From Turneriella sp. (GTDB taxonomy: Bacteria; Spirochaetota; Leptospiria; Turneriellales; Turneriellaceae): a stretch of DNA of 64,000 nt. The notes below the pieces were generated by a model. The model did no database searches. It saw only the letters and a list, made by a program, of their open reading frames with translations, and had not been told where the DNA came from. How positions within the stretch are numbered: position 1 is the first letter of the stretch; each line of letters starts with the position of its first letter. This document shows positions 51,465 through 60,900 of the stretch, in pieces. The stretch spans positions 864,001 to 928,000 of the forward strand of contig CBDIID010000003.1 of assembly GCA_965279515.1 (NCBI GenBank), read 5' to 3'. A program made the translations under genes and the position numbers.

Positions 51465-51911
51465 TCAGACCCCGAGGTCGCTTACTCGCACCTCTTTCAC
51501 CCAGAGGTCGTGTTTATTGCATTTGGCGAAGATTTTCACTTTGCCCGACCATGGCAGAATCTTCTTATCAAAGTACGCATAGTTCAGGGGATTGCGCTGC
51601 CGCGGCATCGTCTCGACGGCGAGCTCTTTTCCCGTCATATCCATGATGCCGATCTTCTCGATGTAGTGTCCCTCATCGGCCTTCGCAAGGGGGATTTCTA
51701 CAATCACGGCGGGTTGCCCCTTATGGACAGAGGCTTTTGCTGTAGGTCCGTGCTCCTTCGCAATATCTGTCCACTCACGCGCCTCGTCGACGGTGTATTC
51801 TTTCATGGGCGTGATCGGTCCGTCTTTAGGAAGTTCTTCGGCTTTTTTGCAATGGTAGCCGCTCATCACAAGCGCCACCACCAGTATTAACCTCAAATTA
51901 ATTCTGCCCAT
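51465..51911 (-). CDS. Desulfoferrodoxin/superoxide reductase-like lipoprotein
   Basis: Signal peptide ending in Cys, KEHGP, HYIEKI, CNKHDLW. Confidence 0.75.
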   Translation of the reverse strand: MGRINLRLILVVALVMSGYHCKKAEELPKDGPITPMKEYTVDEAREWTDIAKEHGPTAKASVHKGQPAVIVEIPLAKADEGHYIEKIGIMDMTGKELAVETMPRQRNPLNYAYFDKKILPWSGKVKIFAKCNKHDLWVKEVRVSDLGV

Positions 51912-54900
51912 TTGCCGTTCTGTAAATTTTCATCGCATTCGAGCCGTCGCGCGTCACGAGAATCAGCCAATCGTTCCCGCCATCTGTAACTGTTACGTGG
52001 CTGAAGATTCGTTGATTGACCGAGCTGCCGTCGAGGCCCAGAACACTGTTGACAATTTGAAAACTGGTCTCCGCCGGAACATTGCCTGAGGTCATACAAC
52101 TTGCCGCACCGGTACAAGTCCCGCCAGCCATATCAACGCGCCAGACATTGGCACCATGATCCTGGTTGTCGAAACCGATATAGAGATAGTTGCCCACAAA
52201 TTCGAGTAACGTCAGGTGCGCATTGCGTTCGCAGCGGTTCGTGCCGGCATTCACGCAGGTCGCCGTATTACCGCGCAATGTTGTCGAGACGCGCTGCGGC
52301 AAAGAAGCAGGTGCACCCGCAATATTATACGGTGCGCTCTGGTACGATACGGGAGTAAAGCTGCTGCTTGCCACCAGTTTCCAGTCGTCTGAATCGTTGT
52401 TGCCCCCGTCACCACCGCCGTTCGTACCCGCAGCACCTTTTGCAGGCAACACCCACAACTGTGGTACTTCATAACCCGGCGGGCAAACCTGCTTACGACC
52501 GTCCCCGGTTGTGGAGAAGGTATTATTGAAGTTGTTGTTCACCCGCGTGTTCAGCGCTGCATCCCCCGCTGCGGATGCCGAGCATGGGGTATTCGTCGTC
52601 GCGCTGCATTTCGTCTGCATCATGTGCGTAGCACAGGCATTACGGATCATGTATAAATCCCCGTTGGGCGCCGTACGCATATACGGCACGGCCTTAATCG
52701 CCGGAATAATCCGGTTCGAAGGCAACATATCTCCCCAGTCGACGTTCGCATCGGAACGGAAAGGCAGGGGAATCGACATATAATCCAGCCAATTCGCAGA
52801 GGTCGGCGTAATGTTTTCAAAGGCAACGGATAGACAATTCGCGGCATTGGTGGCGGTACCATGATTGAGGGCATGGCAACCGGGGGGAGCTGCTGCGGTA
52901 GAGCGGGCAAGGCGCGAGCGAATAATACCACCGTCTGTTCCTAGCGCATTGGCACCATTTGCCCGGTTTAGGCGCGTAGTGCCGGTCCCGAAACCAATCG
53001 TGCCGCCAAACCGGCCACCGTTCGCCATATAGAGTTGAGGCACATTGGCACTCCCACCATCATTGTCGTATTCATGCATTACGTCAATGGATACCGTATT
53101 ACCGGCAGTACCTTCAAACCCGCTATTGGGCGATGAACCAGTACTATTCGCACCACCCTTACCGATCATCGGATAAAAATTGGTGGCGCCGCCGCCACCT
53201 GCGATAACTGCAGTCCATTGCGTGCGGGCCGCACCGTCGTTGCAACCATTACTATTCATACAAATGCGCGCAACCTGTGGCGCATTCTGCCCCTGATGCG
53301 GAGAGGCAATATACAGCCAATCGGTGAACATCACCATCGTCATGGAGCGATAGGTATGCGTCGTATTCGATGTATGCACACGATGGTTAAATGTAAAATG
53401 CGTTGTTGTATCGCTCGTCTCTGTTGTTGTGAAGTAGCTCTTATAAAACCCTGGAGCCGTCGCTTTATATCCACCCATAAGCAGATATTCGATTCCGTTT
53501 TCCGCCGTACAGGCAGCCCCAGTCAGTGAAGGTTTCCAGTTTCCTGTAGACGTGGCAGTTTTTCCACAGGCCGCTGCGATGGCATCAATGCCTGCAATTG
53601 CTCCGCTGCCCCCGTCAGTGGCATTCGCCCCCCCCGTACTCGCCCAACCATTATTGGTACCTGTGCAAGTCGGATGCGTCGTATAGCCCGATAGTTGAGT
53701 ATAAGGCGTCGTGTTGTTTCCGTCCACATCAATCGCGATAGTCTGTGCCGTCGTAAGACCGTTATTCATTTCGAAGAGTCTTGAAGAGCAATTATCCCAA
53801 CCCAACAATAACTTGTTGTTGTAGCGAACAATCTGACCAGCAGGCGTACCGTCGCCGAAAGGGTCGTCAAATATCGGACCGCCTGAAAAACCCGTAGGCG
53901 TGTTAACGAGAAACGGCTGTACGTTACCCACTCCATCATCGGCAATTGCATTTCCCGTCGGCGTCACCTGATCTTTGACATTGATGACCCTGAGCTGATG
54001 ACCGCCATTGGCAAGTGCTGTTCCCGGGGCAAAGGTGATGAGCACCTGTGCCTGGTTAGCCTGACGCGCCGCAGATGAGACGTTAAAACCATAAGCCTGC
54101 GCATCATACCGGTAATTCGTTGCTGTGTTTGCAGTTACGTTATCTACCCCTTCACTGAACGTTGCAAGAACTACGATCGCCGCCGAGGTAGATGACACGA
54201 CCGTAACACTGACAAGGCTCGGCGGGGTCGCCTCGACGCCGCACTGGAAACTGACATTCGTCGGTGTCGCTACGGCGTTGCCATTTGCATCCTGTACGTT
54301 TGCCACCGATAACCGGTAGACGTTATCTGTGCCTGTCGTCTGTGTAAAGGCGGTGCCCCAATCCACGGCATATTTATTGCCGCCCATGCTGTAAACGTTC
54401 GATGCGGCCTGTCCGAGCCCCGCTGTACATGGCCCCGTAATACATCCGCCGTTCGGCGAAGTTGAAACCGTGTAGTTCGCTGCCGTCGTAGCCGACGCCC
54501 CGACCGTTTGGTCGTATTGCACCACAATACGCCGACGCGCAGCGATTGACGGTGGCAGGTTCGTCGGAGTCGGACATTCGGTTGCAGTATCTGTGCTGAT
54601 GGTCAGCGCCGGTCGGCCATCCCCGTTAAACGTTGCCGCATTATTCGGTGAAGAAACATAGCGTCCCGCCGGGGCCGCGACACCCTCGATTTTGGTCGCA
54701 AGAACTGTCGTCGTATACGCCTGGCCTTCAATCATCGGGTTCACCGTCAGCGTATATGTTGCCGAATTCACGCCAGCACCGCCGGTCGATACAGCGGAAA
54801 GTACCGGCAAAGAAAGATTCTGATAGATCACCGCGCAAGCGGTCTGGTTTGCGCACTCCGCCGTGGTCGCCTTGACCGATTCGTTAAACGTAATGGTCAG

Positions 54901-57900
54901 CGTCGTTGCCGAAGTCGTGACGATACTCACGACCACTGGGTCAACAACACCGTTGAATTGTGCCTGGTTTGCCGGCAAACTTGTTGTGGGGTTCGTGTTC
55001 GTGATGAGGTTGATATTCACCAGGTCACGCAACGTTGTATTAACGGTGAGCGTATAGCTGGCACCGCCGGTCTGTGCGCTCGTTGTTAAATGCACGATAC
55101 GGAAATTCGTAGCGTCGCGCGCCGCGTTGCTCACGGTCACGCCACCCGTCAGCGTATAGTTACCGGCGACGTTGGCCTGCGTAGCCGTTATCGGTTCGCT
55201 GAATGTCACATCCAATGATGATGCACCCAGCGAAAGCGCACGCACGACTACCGGCGCCGCATTATCCGCTTCGGTAACCGTACCAACATTGACTTGCGCC
55301 AAAGACTGGACCCCATCAGTCACGCCGGGGGTCGCTGTTGTGGTTAAGTCGGGTTTCGCATCCGTATCACAACCCGTTTGCGTCGAGGCATTGCAACTCA
55401 GCACATTCTCATCGAACCTGACGTAGATGACCGAATCGTCCCCGGTATCCGTCGCAAATGTTACAGATGTTCCGTGAATTAGCCGCACGTTCGAATAACC
55501 AGCAACCAGCCACTGCGTGGTGACTGTCCCTAACGCATTCGCTGAATAACCCGGGAACGTATTATCCTGAATATTCTTATTGAAAGTGACCTGATAGGTA
55601 TCGATTTTTCCGTTATAGTTGGTATCCAAGGCCACCGCGCTCGTAATCGCCGGAGGGCCACTACTGTAGGTGACGCTCGTCGCGTTCACTGCCGTTGCCG
55701 CATTGCCGGCAGCGTCAGTGCAACTCCAGGTTACGGTATAAATACCGCCGCCCGTGAGTGGGTTGCTGCCAAAAGCGACATTGCTGTGTGCCCCAGCATT
55801 AAGTTCGCTGCCGGTCAAAGTACGTGTATGCGGTCCGTTGGGATGTCCCGTACCGCCTGTGCTCTGCCAAACGATGGTCGCAGAAGCGCAGTCTTCGGAG
55901 AATGTCACGTTTGCCGCGCTACTGGTGACGCCCGCGCTGCTCGCAGGTGAAGTCGCCGAAATAACCGGTGCAACCACATCTTTGGTCTTATTATTCGTCG
56001 CTGCGGTACCAACATTGCCTGCCGGGTCAGTCAAGGTCACACTGAGGGTCAAGGTACCGTCGCCCAAGCCTGTTGTATTGATGCCGGTGATCTGCTGACC
56101 CGCGGAAGAAACAGTCGCCGAACCCGTGACGTTTGTGCCGCCACCTGAGCTGCTGATGGTGTAGTTGTAGGTCGCCCCGACTTCAGCGCCGGTGAATGTG
56201 AAAGATACGGCCGCCTTGTTGGCATTGTTGATATAACTCTGGTCGATGACGACCGTATAGCCCGAAGGTGCGGTATTATCGACCGTCAATGTTGCGGTTG
56301 ATTCAGACGAAATATTGCCAGCCAGGTCGATGACGAAGAGTTTGTAGCTGCCCGCCGTCGTCGGCGCGTTAATTGTCGTCGCGGTGCCCGAGCCGGCTTG
56401 AGTCATGGTCGCGCCCGCTGCAAAGGTTGTCGTTCCCGAAGGAGCAAACCAGACCTGGTTCGAGGCTGTACCTGAACTGACAATCGCCTGGGCCCCGCCG
56501 CTCGTGCGAGACGAAGACGATGCATAGACCGTATTCTGATTCGTCGGCGCGGTGGTATCAATGTTCAGAGAGTATGCTGACGATGCTGCGCTGACGTTAT
56601 TTGCCGCATCGGTTGCCGTTGCGACTATACTATAAGTGTTTTCCGCGAGCGAAATGTTATCGAGAGTCCAGTTACCTGAACCGTTCGCCGTTGTTGTACC
56701 AATGAGGGTACCGGCGGTATTGGGATAATAGAGCCTCACCGTCGCATTCGCTTCGGAGGTACCGGTAAATGTTAAGTTAGTGGTATTCTTTGTCACGCCG
56801 TCGCTGTTTGAAGTGCCTGTATCGTCGGCCGCGTCGAGCGCAATGCTCGCAGGCGCCGATGGAACAGTCGTATCGACGACGATATTCTTATTCGTGGCAA
56901 GGCTTGTACCGGCGAGTGTCAGCGTCGCCGCATTGCCCGCCGCGTCGTTGATTGTCCCGCCATTCAGCCCCAGCGAGTTCGCATCGAGGTCTGTCGAAGT
57001 GTGCGGTGAGGCAATGGTGTAGGTGAAGGTGAGAGTGCTTGTACCGCTGCCTGAGGCATAGTTCACCACCGCGTCGGTTGCTCCCGTTTCGAGCGTTAGC
57101 TGCGGTGTGCCGGTAACGGTCACATTTTCAGAAAAATTCACCTGAATCGAAATGACATCCCCCGTCTTATAGCTGCCGTCGGCGGTCGAAGAGTTCACAC
57201 TGGTAATTGTCGGAGCAACCCCGTCGACCACCAGGTTTTTGTTGGTGGCGAGGGTTGTGCCGGCCAGCGTCAATGTCGCGGCATTGGCAGCACCGTCGTT
57301 AATCGTACCACCGTTCAGCGCGAGAGAGTTCGCGTCGAGATCGGCAGAGACATGTGGAGAAGCAATCGTATAGGTAAAAGTTAACGAGCTTGTGCCACTA
57401 CCCGAAGCATAGTTCACCACGGCGTCGGTTGCGCCTGTTTCGAGAGTCAGCTGCGGCGTGCCGGTAACAGTCACATTTTCTGAGAAATTGACCTGGATCG
57501 AAATGATATCCCCAATCTTGTAAGTACCGTTCGCCGTAGAAGAGTTCACACTCGTGATCGTCGGAACCGTAGTATCCACAACGAGATTCTTGTTCGTTGC
57601 CAAAGTTGTGCCCGCCAGCGTCAGCGTCGCCGCGTTGCCAGCCGCGTCGTTGATCGTGCCGCCGTTCAGCCCCAGCGAGTTAGCATCGAGATCAGAAGAA
57701 GTATGCGGAGACGCCACTGTGTATGTGAAAGTCAGTGAGCCGGTACCGCTGCCCGACACATAGTTCACCACGGCATCAGTCGCACCTGTTTCGAGAATCA
57801 GTTGCGGTGTACCCGTGACAGTCACGTTTTCAGAAAAATTGACCTGGATCGAAATGACATCCCCCGCTTTATAGCTGCCGTTGGCGGTTGAAGAGTTCAC

Positions 57901-60900
57901 GCTCGTGATCGTCGGCAGGGTCGTATCGACGACGAGATTCTTATTCGTGGCCAAGCTGGTGCCCGCCAGTGCCAATGCCGCCGCGTTGCCGGCAGCGTCG
58001 TTGATTGTACCACCGCTCAATGCCAACGAGTTGGCATCGAGATCGGATGAAGTATGCGGAGATGCCACAGTGTAAGTGAAAGTAAGAGAGTTCGTACCGC
58101 TGCCAGACACATAGTTTACTACGGCATCGGTTGCCCCGGTTTCCAACGTCAGCTGCGGCGTACCTGTAACAGTGACGTTTTCGGAAAAATTGACCTGAAT
58201 CGAGATGGCATCCCCTGCTTTATAGCTGCCATTGGCAGTTGAAGAATTCAGGCTCGTGATCGTCGGCGCGGTGGTATCGACCACAAGGTTCTTATTGGCT
58301 GCGAGCGTCGTGCCAGAAAGCGTCAGGTTTGCGGCATTGCTTGCTGCGTCATTGATTGTGCCACTATTCAAAGCCAGGGAGTTGGCATTAAGATCGGTCG
58401 AGGTATGCGGAGAAGCGACTGTGTATGTGAACGTCAAAGTGCTCGTTCCGCTGCCCGAAGCGTAGTTAACCACGGCATCTGTGGCGCCGGTTTCGAGAGT
58501 CAACTGGGGCGTGCCGGTCACGGTCACGTTTTCGGAAAAATTCACCTGAATCGAGATGACATCCCCGGCTTTATAGTTTCCATCAGCTGTCGAAGAGTTC
58601 ACACTGGTGATAGTTGGAGCGAGTCGGTCAGGGAATGTCAGCACACTCGTGCCTACGGTATTCGGGGTGATGCCATTCGTTCCACTGTGAATTTCACCAG
58701 TAGCGGCTGTCACCTGAATGGTTTCAACGCCTGATGTGACACCGGTCCCCGTAACGATTAAGCGCATCGCTGTGGCGCCCCCCGCCGGCGCGGTACCCGG
58801 GCAAACGGTGCTCGGCGCTGTTGTCACACAACTAATGATAGCATTCGTTGAATTGCCGCTGTTCTGTACAAAGGCCACGCTAAAATCGCTGGCAACCAGG
58901 GAGCCTGTTGCTCCGGCGTTCGTGTACACCCCTTCGCTCCAGACGAGGTCGATGTAGCCGGTCGTCCCTCCGCTCACCGGCGCGATAGCAACGTAAGTTG
59001 GAGTATTGGTAATATTCGCGATGCCGATCGCGCTCAAAGTCTTAGCGCCCGTCGAGAAGGTAGACGCATTGCCCGCATTGTCGTAGACAGAGTTGGCCAC
59101 AGTATCCACAGTGATTGTCTCTGTACCCGCAACGGTACCAGTGACCGATATTGTTAGCGTAACGGTATTGCTGCCAGCCGTATGCGTAATGCCAGTAATA
59201 CTGGCGCCGGTTGCTGTCCCGGCATTCGCGGCAAAACTTAGGGAAAATGCAGCCGCTGTGAGCGCCCCCCCTGAAACGTTGTACGCGTTTTCATTCAGAT
59301 TTAAAGTCAGAGTCGTGTTTGAAGCAAGATTGCTCGAGGTAAGTCCCGGCGCTGTCGAATCAACTGTAACGCTGAGGTTTGCCGAAGCTGTGCTGACATT
59401 GCCGGCAACATCAGTCTGAATGACGTTGATGCTCGGGTATGCCGTGCCAGTCTGCCCACTACCCGCTAAGGCTGTCGTTGTTAGGGTAACGTTGCCACCA
59501 ATCGGGCATGTCGCCCCGCCAACGGGCGACGAAATATCCGTCGCGCCGTTGCGCAAAACGACCGTCGCTCCTGCTTCGCAATTCACACTGAATTGCAGCG
59601 AAGCACCATTGGTAATCCTATCGCTGTTACTGATGCCCGTATCGCTCGCCGTCACCAGTGTCAACGAAGTGGGTTGAATGGGATTTGTTGAATCGTAATT
59701 AATCGAGAATGTCTGCGAAAGGTCACTCACAAGCCCCGTGGAGCCGACAGTCGCGATGTTAAACTGGTTCGTGCCCTGTGAAATTGTCGCTGTGCTCGGA
59801 ACTGTAACCGTGTAGGTGCCTGTCGGACCTGAAACCGCTGTTGCGTACGGAATCGGCGTATTCAGAATACCGGTGCCGTCTGTAGTGAGAGGCGCCACCG
59901 CCCCACCTGGTGTCGTCGAGAGCTGAAACGTATTAGCGGTAGCATTGATAACATAATACGTTGTGTTTGTCGCAATACCGGTGGTCGAGTTGATCGTCGT
60001 GAAGCTAACCGCAGTGCCGTTGGCGAGACCGTGGCTCGTTAGTGTCACAAGATCACCCGCATCGGTGAACGATACACCAGGCGAATGGTAGAGAATGACG
60101 GTTGTATTCGGAGTTGTGTTACCGGTAAACTGCAGGCCGGGGGATGTCAGGTTAACGCCGGTGATATTGTCGCCGACGGTACCGGTATCCGAGACCGTGG
60201 CAAGCGACGCGGTTGAAGGCGCTGTGCCCGAACCGCTGAATGTGGCGGTATTGGGAGTTCCAATGGTATTGCCGGCAGCATCCGTTACACCCGTCGCAGT
60301 GACAGTATAGCTGTTCGATGAACCATAAGCGCCCGGAGTGATGGTCAGACGTACCTTGGTTGTATCTGTCTGAATCACCGCTGAAGATACTGTGTTGCCG
60401 CCCGTAACAAGGTAATTCGACGCTGTCTGAGCGGTCCCCAGATTCATCGCTTCGCTGAAAGAAAGCTCGACGGTGGTCGAATTGATGAGAGTCGCCAGGA
60501 AAAGCGTCGGCGCTGTGGCGGATGATCCGATGCCTGAGAAATTGACCGTTTGCGTTGCCATCGTATTGGGAACCGCATCTTGCACGCCACTCACCGTTAA
60601 CGCATACTGAACAGCGCTGGTACCGGGAGCATTTAAAGTGATCGTACAAACCGTACCTGAGCAGCTGATATTGTTAATGCCGCCGCTAAGAGCCGGAGAG
60701 AAAGAATAGTTTGCAAGGTTTTGGCCTGACCCAGAAGTCACTATTTCGCTGAAATAGACGCGAACTTCGGTATTTGAGAAAGCAACAACCGAAGCTACCG
60801 TCGGCGCGGTCGTGTCGGGCGTGGCTACGTTAGTACCGCTGTAATCATACAACGCATTATTGTTCGTGGCACCGATTGTGTTCCCGGCAAGGTCAGCGAC

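Noticed and set aside
56866..58620. Regular repeats as a CRISPR array or DGR template/variable repeats
   Set aside because: In-frame 351-bp protein repeats with mainly synonymous differences; no spacers, cas or reverse transcriptase genes
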